The position numbers and the translations under genes are program-made. Shown in pieces: positions 55,401-64,000 of a DNA stretch of 64,000 nt. Positions within the stretch are counted from its first letter, which is position 1. Each line of letters opens with the position of its first letter. The notes beneath the pieces are model-generated. The model worked only from the letters and a program-made list of their open reading frames with translations, did not search any database and was not told where the DNA came from. The DNA comes from Shigella phage SHBML-50-1. Location: the sequence record KX130864, one strand, 5' to 3'.

Positions 55401-55496
55401 GGTTCGCATGGTCATACTATCACTGTAAATAGTACAGGTAATACAGAAAACACGGTTAAAAACATTGCTTTTAACTATATCGTTCGTTTAGCATAA
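52419..55496 (+). CDS. 37: long tail fibre distal subunit gp37 (receptor binding)
   Basis: 1025 aa; C-terminal His-x-His repeat boxes (GAHTHTVGI x3). Confidence 0.93.
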   Translation: MATLKQIQFKRSKTAGQRPAASVLAEGELAINLKDRTLFTKDDSGNIIDLSITAGGNISGNITQTGDYTQTGKFNLIGPQIVASGGYIEFNYRTTGSGAWSGQHTAKAPIFVDLSSATSTSEYNPIIKQRFKDGTFSLGTLVSEGSLKIHYINESGDSKYWTFRRDGGFVVDGGGLAVSGGSITTSGNIAALGNITSPQINTKNIILDTKAFGQYDSQSLVQYVYPGTGEENGINYLRKVRAKSGGTIYHEIASAQTGKNDEISWWTGNTLTTKLMGLRNDGAMVLRRSLAIGTITTDENTNNYGSPTPMGERYIALGDAATGLKYIKQGVYDLVGNWNSVASITPDSFRSTRKALFGRSEDQGGTWTMPGTNAAFLSVQTQADENTAGDGQTHIGYNSGGKMNHYFRGKGKTNINTQEGMEVNPGILKLVTGSNNVMFYADGGITSVKQLSIYNGIYLAANNSTAGLTFAPTTTIDGTKQILWEGGTRAGQNKSYVTVKAWGNSFNASGDRARETVFEVSDGQGYYFYSQRVAPSGSETTGPVVTQFNGQVNARGSIITDGSFKVNGLSTLVGNVTMSNGLFVQGGSSITGQVKIGGTADALRIWNAEYGAIFRRSEDKLYIIPTPQNAGESGGISNLRPFYITLSNGKVSMDHDVDIGGGRFKVEVAGTTANQRITVNMASDAIRINAPTQESSNFIQGRKADVPKWYLGIGDGGNVVRMHSYTHSHGIALNSDTVDITKPLKVGNAQLGTDGNITGGSGNFANLNSTIESLKTDIVSSYPIGAPIPWPTDTPPDGYAIMEGQTFDKSAYPKLAMAYPSGVIPDMRGQTIKGKPSGRAVLSAEADGVKAHSHSASASSTDLGTKTTSSFDYGTKTSSSFDYGTKGTNSTGGHSHSVNGTTSAAGNHAHHLGLLLVNGGDALYGYTTVGNSLPRTLDWLDRRDNKFPNTNTTGNHTHTWSGTTSGAGAHTHTVGIGAHTHTVGIGAHTHSVAIGSHGHTITVNSTGNTENTVKNIAFNYIVRLA
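55008..55067 (+). repeat. tandem 30-bp repeat encoding GTKT(T/S)SSFDY in gp37
   Basis: Two near-identical copies of ggtactaaaac...agctttgattat. Confidence 0.8.
55320..55400 (+). repeat. tandem 27-bp repeats encoding the His-box GAHTHTVGI in gp37
   Basis: ggtgctcatacacatactgtaggtatt twice plus a diverged third copy. Confidence 0.85.
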
Positions 55497-55500
55497 GGAG

Positions 55501-55516
55501 AGGGGCTTTGGCCCCT
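55501..55516 (+). terminator. hairpin between genes 37 and 38 (weak T tract)
   Basis: aggggc-tttg-gcccct. Confidence 0.35.
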
Positions 55517-55523
55517 TCTAAAT

Positions 55524-56075
55524 ATGAAAATATATCATTATTATTTTGACACTAAAGAATTTTACAAAGAAGAAAATTACAAACCGGTTAAAGGCCTCGG
55601 TCTTCCTGCTCATTCAACAATTAAAAAACCTTTAGAACCTAAAGAAGGATACGCGGTTGTATTTGATGAACGTACTCAAGATTGGATTTATGAAGAAGAC
55701 CATCGCGGCAAACGAGCATGGACTTTTAATAAAGAAGAAATTTTTATAAGTGACATTGGAAGCCCGGTTGGTATAACTTTTGATGAGCCCGGCGAATTTG
55801 ATATATGGACTGATGGCGGTTGGAAAGAAGACGAAACATATAAGCGAGTTTTAATTCGTAATAGAAAAATTGAAGAATTATATAAAGAGTTCCAAGTTTT
55901 AAATAATATGATTGAAGCTTCTGTCGCCAATAAAAAGGAAAAATTTTATTATAAAAACCTTAAGCGGTTCTTTGCTCTTTTAGAAAAGCATGAGCATTTA
56001 GGTGGTGAATTCCCTTCATGGCCTGAAAAAGAACAGAAGCCTTGGTATAAGCGTTTATTCAAGCATTACGTATAA
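55524..56075 (+). CDS. 38: gp38 tail fibre assembly chaperone (T4-type)
   Basis: 183 aa; immediately downstream of gene 37. Confidence 0.8.
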   Translation: MKIYHYYFDTKEFYKEENYKPVKGLGLPAHSTIKKPLEPKEGYAVVFDERTQDWIYEEDHRGKRAWTFNKEEIFISDIGSPVGITFDEPGEFDIWTDGGWKEDETYKRVLIRNRKIEELYKEFQVLNNMIEASVANKKEKFYYKNLKRFFALLEKHEHLGGEFPSWPEKEQKPWYKRLFKHYV

Positions 56076-56078
56076 ATA
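56071..56078 (+). promoter_or_regulatory. late promoter for holin t
   Basis: Exact TATAAATA overlapping the end of gene 38. Confidence 0.65.
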
Positions 56079-56095
56079 TCTTAAAAGGAGGGTCT

Positions 56096-56752
56096 ATGGC
56101 AGCACCTAGAATATCATTTTCGCCCTCTGATATTCTGTTTGGTGTTCTAGATCGCTTGTTCAAAGATAACGCTACCGGGAAAGTTCTTGCTTCCCGGGTA
56201 GCTGTCGTAATTCTTTTATTTATGATGGCGATTGTTTGGTATAGGGGAGATAGTTTCTTTGAGTACTATAAGCAATCAAAGTATGAAACATACAGTGAAA
56301 TTATTGAAAAGGAAAGAAATGCACGCTTTGAATCTGTCGCCCTGGAACAACTCCAGATAGTTCATATATCATCTGAGGCAGACTTTAGTGCGGTGTATTC
56401 TTTCCGCCCTAAAAACTTAAACTATTTTGTTGATATTATAGCATACGAAGGAAGATTACCTTCAACAATAACTGAAAAATCACTTGGAGGATATCCTGTT
56501 GATAAAACTATGGATGAATATACAGTTCATTTAAATGGACGTCATTATTATTCTGACTCAAAATTTGCTTTTTTACCAACTAAAAAGCCTACTCCCGAAA
56601 TAAACTACATGTACAGTTGTCCATATTTTAATTTGGATAATATCTATGCTGGAACGATAACCATGTACTGGTATAGAAATGATCATATAAGTAATGACCG
56701 CCTTGAATCAATATGTGCTCAGGCGGCCAGAATATTAGGAAGGGCTAAATAA
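56096..56752 (+). CDS. t: holin T
   Basis: 218 aa; single N-terminal TM helix and large periplasmic domain; late promoter at 56071-56078. Confidence 0.9.
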   Translation: MAAPRISFSPSDILFGVLDRLFKDNATGKVLASRVAVVILLFMMAIVWYRGDSFFEYYKQSKYETYSEIIEKERNARFESVALEQLQIVHISSEADFSAVYSFRPKNLNYFVDIIAYEGRLPSTITEKSLGGYPVDKTMDEYTVHLNGRHYYSDSKFAFLPTKKPTPEINYMYSCPYFNLDNIYAGTITMYWYRNDHISNDRLESICAQAARILGRAK

Positions 56753-57025
56753 TTATTTGTTCGTATACATCTCTAGATATCGATATACACCCTCAAAACC
56801 CTCGTTGAATTCGTCGATGAGGGTTTTCTTATCTTCTTGGGTTAATTCAGAAACAATTTTACGGAATGAATTTTGATTTAACTTTCTACCTTCATGCGTT
56901 ACTCCAATCTCATTCAGAAATGCAATAAAATTAGCACGATTTTCAACAATATCTTCTCTGGAAAATTTAATCAAAATAGACGCAACAGTAATAATTTCAC
57001 GAACTGTATCAATGTTTTTATTCAT
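56753..57025 (-). CDS. asiA: AsiA anti-sigma-70 factor
   Basis: 90 aa, N-terminus MNKNIDTVREIITVASILIKFSRED recognised. Confidence 0.9.
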   Translation of the reverse strand: MNKNIDTVREIITVASILIKFSREDIVENRANFIAFLNEIGVTHEGRKLNQNSFRKIVSELTQEDKKTLIDEFNEGFEGVYRYLEMYTNK

Positions 57026-57037
57026 TAACTATACCAC

Positions 57038-57190
57038 TCAATTAGTTGACTTTGTTATAATATCATCAGACGTTTGATTTGTAAACTGGTCTGTATTATT
57101 TTCTTCAAAAATTTTTTCTACGAATTCTTTGAACGACTCACGTTCCTGAGCTACATTATGCTCGATTACTTTTTCAAGATTATGACTCAT
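57038..57190 (-). CDS. hypothetical small protein, 50 aa, not in the ORF track
   Basis: ATG at 57190 overlapping arn stop (ATGA); acidic. Confidence 0.35.
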   Translation of the reverse strand: MSHNLEKVIEHNVAQERESFKEFVEKIFEENNTDQFTNQTSDDIITKSTN

Positions 57191-57465
57191 TCGAAATAAT
57201 CTTCAATTTCATAATCATGGACATAAATCATTATAGTTTTTAATACATCATCGATACTTTTTCCTGGAGCTGGAATTACGTAAAAATATCCTGCTTTTGA
57301 GAGGTCTTTATAAGTTCCAATCAAGAAATCATTATTCTCAAGATGTAGTTCTTCAACTAATTCATTGACAATTGAGTGGTATAAATTTGGTAGAAACTTA
57401 TATAGCTTTTCTAGAATATCAATTTTGATTGTATATTGAACCACGGATTGAGAATCAATAATCAT
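57187..57465 (-). CDS. arn: Arn anti-restriction nuclease (McrBC inhibitor)
   Basis: 92 aa acidic protein; position after asiA. Confidence 0.75.
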   Translation of the reverse strand: MIIDSQSVVQYTIKIDILEKLYKFLPNLYHSIVNELVEELHLENNDFLIGTYKDLSKAGYFYVIPAPGKSIDDVLKTIMIYVHDYEIEDYFE

Positions 57466-57548
57466 AGACCTTCCCCTTATGTTTCTGTTTGCGATTAGAT
57501 TCTTTAAACGCTTTCTTCTTATCCTTATGAACAGAAGCTTTATTAAAA

Positions 57549-57767
57549 TTATGTTTTGCGACTAAATTGTTCATAGTGCTGAATTACCTCTCTCAAACAT
57601 TTGCATGTGAATGAAAACTTTTTAGCTACACCACATTCAAATATATGTTCTCTTAAATCACGTGTATCGGTATATCCCATCTCAACAATAAAATGCCGTA
57701 TTAGATTTTTATCTTTATCATTGAGAGAATTAAAATAATCAGATTTTGAATTAATTTCCCTGGCCAA
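57549..57767 (-). CDS. hypothetical protein
   Basis: 72 aa ORF. Confidence 0.45.
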   Translation of the reverse strand: MAREINSKSDYFNSLNDKDKNLIRHFIVEMGYTDTRDLREHIFECGVAKKFSFTCKCLREVIQHYEQFSRKT

Positions 57768-58047
57768 ATTGAATCACCTTCAGTTGACGTTTTAACTCTT
57801 TTATCATTTCTTCGTTCATCGCAATATAAAGATCGCGTAAAGCAGGTTTTAGCGTTCCATTTACTGGAGAACTAAATGGACATACATAATCTTTTCCTAC
57901 AAGCTTTTTAGTGAATTCCATATCACAGAACTTAAATCCCGGTTCATTGGTATAAATTCCCCAATTAGTTGACATCATTTTATTGGCATATTCTAGTGCC
58001 TGGATTTGATTCATAATTCCATCAATTTGAAACTTTTTAATATTCAT
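57751..58047 (-). CDS. hypothetical protein
   Basis: 98 aa ORF. Confidence 0.5.
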   Translation of the reverse strand: MNIKKFQIDGIMNQIQALEYANKMMSTNWGIYTNEPGFKFCDMEFTKKLVGKDYVCPFSSPVNGTLKPALRDLYIAMNEEMIKELKRQLKVIQFGQGN

Positions 58048-58508
58048 TAGTAAAGGTCCTCAGAGTAAAGTTCTTTTTCACTACCACCACGTTCAATACG
58101 TACTTGTCCGGCGTAAGTTGCAATAATCATTGCTTCTTCACGTGTCCAATAATTACTATATTGGTCAATAAACCCTTGGTCATCATCACAAACTTGCTGA
58201 GTAACTAATTGAGGTTTAACTACATCTAAAACTTCTGCCATATCTTTAGAATAATGACGAGCACCTGGAATAATAAGAGTTCGTCCATCTTTTAATTTAA
58301 AACGGTTGGCTGCGCAAACAATTCGTCGTTGATATTTTTGATTTTCGTCCCAATATGCAGACTGCCAACAGATTTCAGGAACTTCTTTCAGAATATCTTC
58401 TTCTGTGCATTTATAACCATGCGCTTTAAATTTTTCAACAAGACTTTCTGGAGTCTCACGAGATAAAGGAACATTCAACATTTTTAAACGATTAATAAAT
58501 GGGTTCAT
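58047..58508 (-). CDS. hypothetical protein
   Basis: 153 aa ORF, TAATG overlap. Confidence 0.5.
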   Translation of the reverse strand: MNPFINRLKMLNVPLSRETPESLVEKFKAHGYKCTEEDILKEVPEICWQSAYWDENQKYQRRIVCAANRFKLKDGRTLIIPGARHYSKDMAEVLDVVKPQLVTQQVCDDDQGFIDQYSNYWTREEAMIIATYAGQVRIERGGSEKELYSEDLY

Positions 58509-58834
58509 TTAAACCATCCTTTAATACGCTGCCACAAAGTTTTCTGTTGAGCTTTGTTAACACCAATTGAGCGAATAACTGGTTGAGATTCCTGGAATTC
58601 TTTATAATCAGCAAGGTAAATTTCATAAGCCGCTTGAACAAAAGTACTGATCGCTGCCATAAAGTTCTTGCGAATTCCCATAGAGGCTTCAGAACCGCCA
58701 CGGATGATTAAATATTTACCAGTCTTAATCTTTACGATACTTCCAAGATAAGCTCCATGGTACCAGATATCCCAACCCTCTTGAGTAGGTTCTGCACAAC
58801 GACGAAGTTCATTGATAATTTCTAACTTGTTCAT
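58505..58834 (-). CDS. hypothetical protein
   Basis: 109 aa ORF. Confidence 0.5.
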   Translation of the reverse strand: MNKLEIINELRRCAEPTQEGWDIWYHGAYLGSIVKIKTGKYLIIRGGSEASMGIRKNFMAAISTFVQAAYEIYLADYKEFQESQPVIRSIGVNKAQQKTLWQRIKGWFK

Positions 58835-58844
58835 TATTTATTCC

Positions 58845-59480
58845 TCACAGTTCAGATGCTACAGTGATTACAGCTTCAATGTTTTCTGCTGAACGTTTAA
58901 TGTCAAGATACACATTACCGTTTTTAGCGATTTTACATGACATTCCGATATCAGTAAATTTCTGAATATGATGTTCCATCATTTTGTATCCAAAAATTCG
59001 CATATTTCCATTATTGTTAATTTCAAAATTACGAATTCCGTGAGTGCGTTTTTCTAAAATAGCGAGATAGTTACTGCGATAAGTTTCAACCTTTTTAAGA
59101 ACAAATCCATTTTCATCTAAAAGTTTTAACATGAAGTCTTTATCTTCTTCCATATCAGAAGTAATCTCACGAGATTTACGAGTTGCTCGTTTTTTCAGCA
59201 GTTCCGGAGCATTTTCCTGTGCGTATAAAGTTGCTGCGTTTGAAATAATATCCTGAGCTTCACCAGTAATGATTAATCCATCACCAGATTTCTCTACCAG
59301 GCCCTTTTTAATCAATACACCAATATTACTATTAACTACTGCGTTACCTAAATCTGGATGCACCTCACGAACTTCTGCAGCTGTAATGAAATCTTTCTTA
59401 GCAATAGTAATTAAAATCGCAGCAGTTTTTTCATTCAGAACATCGTTAGAAGCTTTGATGATGTAAGTTACTTTAGACAT
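58845..59480 (-). CDS. motA: MotA middle-transcription activator
   Basis: 211 aa, recognised; early promoter and terminator upstream. Confidence 0.9.
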   Translation of the reverse strand: MSKVTYIIKASNDVLNEKTAAILITIAKKDFITAAEVREVHPDLGNAVVNSNIGVLIKKGLVEKSGDGLIITGEAQDIISNAATLYAQENAPELLKKRATRKSREITSDMEEDKDFMLKLLDENGFVLKKVETYRSNYLAILEKRTHGIRNFEINNNGNMRIFGYKMMEHHIQKFTDIGMSCKIAKNGNVYLDIKRSAENIEAVITVASEL

Positions 59481-59514
59481 TTTCTAATCTCCGTAATTCT
59501 GTATCAGTAGTTGA

Positions 59515-59555
59515 TAGTTGTATAGTACCACAGTATGCTTTGGTTGTAAACCGTT
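59515..59555 (-). promoter_or_regulatory. early promoter for motA
   Basis: GTTTACA, 17 nt, TACTATA. Confidence 0.6.
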
Positions 59556-59580
59556 TTGTGAAAAAAATTTAAAATAAAAA

Positions 59581-59600
59581 GGGAGAGCCTCGGCTCTCCC
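59581..59600 (-). terminator. terminator after gene 52 / motA.1, before the motA promoter
   Basis: gggagagcc-tc-ggctctccc preceded on plus by an A-run. Confidence 0.7.
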
Positions 59601-59606
59601 TAAAAA

Positions 59607-59756
59607 TTACTGCATGACTGTGATAACTGTCATGATAACACGTTGAATTCCGAACGCAAGAAGACCTCCTGCTACGGCTGGAACAACGCCTAAACCCGCC
59701 AGTAAAATGCTACCAGATACTAATGCCGCGCTTGTAATACCTATGAATGGACTCAT
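59607..59756 (-). CDS. small hydrophobic membrane peptide, 49 aa, not in the ORF track (motA.1 position)
   Basis: ATG at 59756 overlapping gene 52 stop (ATGA); Gly/Ala-rich TM sequence. Confidence 0.45.
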   Translation of the reverse strand: MSPFIGITSAALVSGSILLAGLGVVPAVAGGLLAFGIQRVIMTVITVMQ

Positions 59757-61081
59757 TTGATTTCCTCTAAATCTTTGGTGTATTCTGTAACTACATCAGT
59801 AGTTTTCCAATATTCGTTTTCTTCTTTTTTAGCTTTAGCTTCTTCTGCAAGTTTCTTTGCTTCGTCGGAAGTCATATGAAAAATATTCATTCCGACTAGT
59901 TTATCAACATAAGAAGAATACATCTCAATTTTAGAAAGTTCTTCGGTCAGTTCTTTACGAGTTTTACCTTGAACAACAATTTCACCTGAAATTACTTTCT
60001 TAATGAAATGTGCCTTGGCAAAGGCTAAACGAAAAGCTGACTCAGTTTCTTTGATTTTGTTATCAATTCGTTTTTGGACATAAGTTTTACGAACTTCAAC
60101 AAAGTCTTTAATTAAATCAACTACGTTATCGTAAACTTGTAGCTTTCCTTTCTCATTAATGACTGTAATATTTTGGGAACGACGCTCAATCAACCCGAAG
60201 TCTTTCATAATTTTTGCATGGCGTTCTTCTTCGTTATCGCTCAAAGAATATTCTTTGCGGAATTTAACTTTGAATCCAAAACCGTGCTCACCACAAGCAT
60301 CATCCCATGTAATGAAGCCTTTATCTTCAAGTGGGTCTAAGATTTTACTCACATAAGTTTCACGATCATACTTATACGGAATCTCAGTGATATGCATTTG
60401 AGTTCGTGAAGTAAACTTGTACGTTCCACGAATTTCATATTGACCGTCAATCTCAACGACTTCACCACGAAATTCTGGGAATTCTACCTTCGGTTTAGTT
60501 ACTTTCTTTCCTTGAAGAGCTTGCAGTACAGCTTTCTTGACAGAAGAAACACTATGAGGAAGAATGTAAGTTGCATAACCAGTTGCAATACCGGAAACAC
60601 CATTAAGAAGAACAGTAGGAATAATAGGCAAATAGAAAGCAGGCGGAATGTGTTCTTTATCTTGATGTACCGGAGCATATTCAGTATCTTTATATACGTT
60701 ATAGAAATTTTTACTTACACGAGCAAAAATATAACGACTTGCCGCTGCCTTTTGGACAGTACGAGAACCGAAGTTTCCTTGGCCATCTAACAAAGGAAAG
60801 TTATTATTCCAAGTGTTAGCCATCAAAGCACCTGCGTCTTGCGCAGAGTTTTCACCATGATGATATCCAAGGTCTGCTACACCACCTGCAATAGAAGCGA
60901 GTTTGTGAAACTTATCTTTATTTCCTCGTGCCAAATCAAGAGCTCGAGCAATAACAAATCGTTGAACTGGCTTAAATCCATCAATCATATTTGGAATGGC
61001 ACGATTTTCAACCGTGTACATAGCATAAGCCAATGCTTCATTATCAATGATACTTTTTAAATCGCGATTATTCAGTTGCAT
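59753..61081 (-). CDS. 52: topoisomerase II medium subunit gp52
   Basis: 442 aa; GyrA/ParC-like N-terminal region. Confidence 0.93.
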   Translation of the reverse strand: MQLNNRDLKSIIDNEALAYAMYTVENRAIPNMIDGFKPVQRFVIARALDLARGNKDKFHKLASIAGGVADLGYHHGENSAQDAGALMANTWNNNFPLLDGQGNFGSRTVQKAAASRYIFARVSKNFYNVYKDTEYAPVHQDKEHIPPAFYLPIIPTVLLNGVSGIATGYATYILPHSVSSVKKAVLQALQGKKVTKPKVEFPEFRGEVVEIDGQYEIRGTYKFTSRTQMHITEIPYKYDRETYVSKILDPLEDKGFITWDDACGEHGFGFKVKFRKEYSLSDNEEERHAKIMKDFGLIERRSQNITVINEKGKLQVYDNVVDLIKDFVEVRKTYVQKRIDNKIKETESAFRLAFAKAHFIKKVISGEIVVQGKTRKELTEELSKIEMYSSYVDKLVGMNIFHMTSDEAKKLAEEAKAKKEENEYWKTTDVVTEYTKDLEEIK

Positions 61082-61085
61082 AAAT

Positions 61086-61226
61086 TTACCATACTAGTGA
61101 ATGTAGTGCCATAATAACATCAGAAATGAAAAGCACGACTTGAATTAATCCGAACATTACTCCATAATATAGTGCTACCAATAAAGTAGCAAGGGCTAAT
61201 GAATAGCCCAAGATTTTCTTAATCAT
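61086..61226 (-). CDS. small hydrophobic peptide, 46 aa, not in the ORF track
   Basis: Minus-strand ATG at 61226; membrane-like sequence. Confidence 0.35.
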   Translation of the reverse strand: MIKKILGYSLALATLLVALYYGVMFGLIQVVLFISDVIMALHSLVW

Positions 61227-61377
61227 TAGTAGATAACAACACAAATGTTAAATATGCACACATACCCTGAGCTAAAGCTTGCGAAAACACACTGCTGGCA
61301 TCAATACAGATAGTTAAAACACATGCTACTATCCAACAAATAAATGAAATAACTCCTAATAATTTTGCGATATTCAT
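61219..61377 (-). CDS. small membrane protein, paralog of ac (52.1 position)
   Basis: 52 aa from ATG at 61377 with GAGGAG SD; sequence parallels the ac product. Confidence 0.5.
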   Translation of the reverse strand: MNIAKLLGVISFICWIVACVLTICIDASSVFSQALAQGMCAYLTFVLLSTND

Positions 61378-61387
61378 AATATTCTCC

Positions 61388-61543
61388 TCAACTATTTTTA
61401 GAACCAATGTACGCGAATAATGATAAAATCGCTAATACACCCTGAGCTGATGCTTGCAAAAATACTGAAGTTTCTCCAGTTATTACTGTTCCGATGCATA
61501 AAAAGAACCAACAGAAAAAGGCTATACCGTGAACAAATTTCAT
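61388..61543 (-). CDS. ac: Ac acridine-sensitivity membrane protein, 51 aa, not in the ORF track
   Basis: ATG at 61543; hydrophobic; position between 52 and stp. Confidence 0.55.
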   Translation of the reverse strand: MKFVHGIAFFCWFFLCIGTVITGETSVFLQASAQGVLAILSLFAYIGSKNS

Positions 61544-61550
61544 ATTTTCC

Positions 61551-61631
61551 TCACTGGCGTCCGAAGACGCCTTTGGTTTTAAGATTGTTACGATAGAACT
61601 GCATCACATGTTCGTTATGGAAATTACTCAT
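61551..61631 (-). CDS. stp: Stp 26-aa peptide
   Basis: Translates to [26 protein letters not shown], matching the remembered Stp peptide; start overlaps ndd stop. Confidence 0.8.
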
Positions 61632-62074
61632 TAATATGCCTGCAAAACAAATTTAAAGTTATCAGCCAACATACGGTTCATTTCTTCAAGTGTTTGATAC
61701 TCAGAATGATGATTACGAGTAAACGCTAAAGCTAACTGACCTTTTCCAAATCCCGTCGTCAGAGGTTTCATCTTAGAAGCAGGCAGATAAAACACCGTGT
61801 ATACCATATTGTTATTTGCAATAGTACGCGCAAGTTGAGACCGTCGTTGACGAATATGACTTAAAACCGCGCTGAATCCTTGCTTAGAACGCTGATTACC
61901 TACATAAAATCGTGCAGATACACATGAACCATCGAGTTCACTTACTAAAAAGTAAAATCCAGGTTTAGATAAAATATCTTTATGCGGAGTTCCCAAAAAC
62001 CACTCACCACCCTTGATTGTACCAATAACAGTTGCGCCTGCATTGTTCAGATCAGTAACAGTCATATATTTCAT
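61631..62074 (-). CDS. ndd: Ndd nucleoid disruption protein
   Basis: 147 aa from ATG at 62074 with GAGGAA SD (track start is an upstream extension). Confidence 0.8.
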
Positions 62075-62134
62075 ATTAATTTCCTCTAAATTATTTTCTA
62101 CTCCAAGGCCGCATGAATACACACGGCCATTAAA

Positions 62135-62350
62135 TTAATCGTCGCAGTCGACGCTCAATTCCCAAAACTCTTCTACAGTATAAGTTTCAGTATCATTTTC
62201 AATACAGAAACGTTCATTACTGTTATTTGCTAAAGTAGCATTAACTGTCGGTTTCTCGCTAGTGCTCTTAAGAGGTGAAATACGAATTAACTGATCACCG
62301 TTATCTAAACAGAAAATTTCACCAACTTTTACATCTTTAAAACTTTTCAT
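62135..62350 (-). CDS. hypothetical acidic protein (ndd.1 position)
   Basis: 71 aa ORF. Confidence 0.5.
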   Translation of the reverse strand: MKSFKDVKVGEIFCLDNGDQLIRISPLKSTSEKPTVNATLANNSNERFCIENDTETYTVEEFWELSVDCDD

Positions 62351-62465
62351 AATTCACCTCAAGGAGTATAAAATCCAAACGCAGTTGTTGACCATCCCAT
62401 CCAATACGGGAAATTTGCGCCAATGTAAAACATAAGAATATAAAACCAACCGCTCAGTAAATTCA

Positions 62466-62663
62466 TCATTTTACACCATTCCAAATTGTTTCAACCACAG
62501 ATTTTAAGCCATTTTGATGAATGTCCATTCCGACTACTGTCATCAAATAGATTCCAACTACAACTGAACCTAAGGCAAAAATCAGCATAAAAATGAATAA
62601 AGCCGGAAAAATATTATCGAAAAACCATTCAATAAATGTAAAAGCACTGCGTTTACGCTTCAT
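62466..62663 (-). CDS. small membrane protein
   Basis: 65 aa from ATG at 62663 with GAGGAA SD; one TM helix. Confidence 0.45.
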   Translation of the reverse strand: MKRKRSAFTFIEWFFDNIFPALFIFMLIFALGSVVVGIYLMTVVGMDIHQNGLKSVVETIWNGVK

Positions 62664-62670
62664 ATTTTCC

Positions 62671-62784
62671 TCACATAAATCCAAAGTAAACGTTTAATAC
62701 ATCAATCATTAAAACGATTGGGAATATACTCAAAACTATTAGTATTATAACTACATTCCATATAGCTTTAACAATCTTTTTCAT
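62671..62784 (-). CDS. small membrane peptide
   Basis: 37 aa from ATG at 62784 with GGAGGAA SD; the track extension runs through an early promoter. Confidence 0.4.
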   Translation of the reverse strand: MKKIVKAIWNVVIILIVLSIFPIVLMIDVLNVYFGFM

Positions 62785-62804
62785 TTTCTGTTCCTCCGTA
62801 GTTG

Positions 62805-62845
62805 ATAGGGTAATAGTACCACGGAAGAACAGTCCTGTAAACAAC
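62805..62845 (-). promoter_or_regulatory. early promoter for the small membrane peptide gene
   Basis: GTTTACA, 17 nt, TACTAT. Confidence 0.5.
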
Positions 62846-63027
62846 TTTTTTAAAAATATTCGTAATAAATGTGAATACCAACTACTACCGCTGAAACCTG
62901 TGCAACCCACCATGCACAAGCAATAAGTACAGAATTTAAAATTTTCATAATAACCTCATTACAAAAGTAAATGTTAAACAAATTACTGGAATACTAATTA
63001 ACCAAACAAAACACCACCACAGTGAAC

Positions 63028-63291
63028 TCATAGCTCAATCTCAATGATTTCAAGATTATTTTCTTTAATAGCTTTCTTTAAATCATCGTAAATAAGAACT
63101 TCCCAAGAATTGTTTAAATCACCATTCAACAAACGCTCTTGTTGCAATTTATCAGTAAGATACGGTTGATCTGATTCATATTTAGACAATCCCAATGAAA
63201 TAAATGATGTTGCATCGTCAATTTCAGAATATTGTACATGAACAAATTCACCTGTGATTTTATGTTTAACATAAAAGAATTTAAATTTCAT
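63028..63291 (-). CDS. hypothetical protein
   Basis: 87 aa ORF; GGAGGAG SD; early promoter upstream. Confidence 0.55.
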   Translation of the reverse strand: MKFKFFYVKHKITGEFVHVQYSEIDDATSFISLGLSKYESDQPYLTDKLQQERLLNGDLNNSWEVLIYDDLKKAIKENNLEIIEIEL

Positions 63292-63309
63292 TTTCCGCTC
63301 CTCCGTAGT

Positions 63310-63352
63310 TGATAGTTGTATAGTACCACGGTCCTTGTGGTATGTAAACCGT
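63310..63352 (-). promoter_or_regulatory. early promoter for the 87-aa ORF
   Basis: GTTTACA, 17 nt, TACTATA. Confidence 0.55.
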
Positions 63353-63365
63353 TTTGTGAAAATTT

Positions 63366-63923
63366 TTAAATGGAAAGATACCAGCCGTTGTAGTTGCTTT
63401 TTCTTACAACCTTACGAAGGTCTTCTCTATCACCGATGAACTTCGGAGTGTACTGGATGACACCTGGATGAATTTCTTTAGTGTTGAATATAATTATACA
63501 GTCCGCGACCTGGTGATTTAGAATGGGCCCTAGATTTATTCCAGAACCATATGGATACTCTCCGCTGCATCCCGTTGTTACCGAAATCCAACGCGAGTCA
63601 GTTTGATGTGTCTTAACTTCTACACGGAGCCCACAGTATTTTGGATGTGCTAAAACATCCCATGCATACGTGTACGGATCATCGACATCTTCTTGGCCTT
63701 TATTGACATATCCGCTTAGCCAATCTGCCACAAAAAACTCTGCGTACACAGCGATACGGCATCTTTCGATAACTTCTGCCTTATCCTGATTTGGATTTTG
63801 TTTTAAAGAGTATCTTGCAGTATCAGCAATTTTGGCCTTCATTTCACTAGTCAAGTCATTGTTAGATAGGGTAAATGACGGAATCTGAAATAGTCTCTGC
63901 AAACCCGGATTCGTTTTCTGCAT
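63366..63923 (-). CDS. denB: endonuclease IV (DenB)
   Basis: 185 aa; position after the ndd cluster. Confidence 0.8.
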   Translation of the reverse strand: MQKTNPGLQRLFQIPSFTLSNNDLTSEMKAKIADTARYSLKQNPNQDKAEVIERCRIAVYAEFFVADWLSGYVNKGQEDVDDPYTYAWDVLAHPKYCGLRVEVKTHQTDSRWISVTTGCSGEYPYGSGINLGPILNHQVADCIIIFNTKEIHPGVIQYTPKFIGDREDLRKVVRKSNYNGWYLSI

Positions 63924-63965
63924 TTAAACTTTCCTTTATGTCGAAATCATAATTTCTCTTAAAAC

Positions 63966-63990
63966 AAAAGGGCCGAAGCCCTTATTTATT
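63966..63990. terminator. bidirectional hairpin upstream of denB
   Basis: agggc-cgaa-gccct flanked by A- and T-runs. Confidence 0.5.
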
Positions 63991-64000
63991 TGAATTGTGC

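Noticed and set aside
61555-61570. Plus-strand terminator-like hairpin (ggcgtc-cgaa-gacgcc plus T-run)
   Set aside because: Falls inside the stp coding sequence on the opposite strand and no plus-strand gene is upstream; probably incidental
62671-62919. 82-aa ORF as given in the track
   Set aside because: The N-terminal extension runs through an early promoter (GTTTACA...TACTAT); trimmed to the 37-aa ORF starting at the ATG with a GGAGGAA SD

Overview
This window reads as a contiguous, gene-dense stretch of a T4-like (Tevenvirinae) myophage genome, colinear with the T4 map from prohead protease gene 21 to denB. All calls rest on reading the supplied six-frame translations and the DNA by eye; no database search or alignment was run, and family assignments come from remembered protein sequences and motifs. 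Content in order: head genes 21-22-23-24 (+), rnlB, hoc, inh (-), uvsW/uvsW.1 (+), uvsY and baseplate genes 25/26 (-), baseplate/tail genes 51-27-28-29-48-54 (+), then a long minus-strand early/middle block (two tandem Alt-family ADP-ribosyltransferases, DNA ligase 30, the 30.x ORFs, rIII, 31, cd, pseT, alc, rnlA, denA, nrdB, nrdA, td, frd, 32, 59, 33, dsbA, rnh), the long tail fibre genes 34-35-36-37-38 and holin t (+), and finally asiA, arn, motA, 52, ac, stp, ndd and denB (-). Regulatory signals are visible throughout: TATAAATA late promoters, GTTTAC/TACTAT early promoters on the minus strand, two MotA-box middle promoters, GC-hairpin terminators and the gene 32 translational operator. No rRNA, tRNA, CRISPR array, integrase or transposase was seen. 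I did not find a clearly new multi-gene system. The points that differ from my recollection of T4 and deserve follow-up are: an extra ORF between frd and td, two full-length Alt paralogs, intron-less td and nrdB with no homing endonuclease genes, extra ORFs between frd.3 and gene 32, a NADAR-like 30.3 protein, and several sub-60-codon membrane peptide genes that the ORF track missed.
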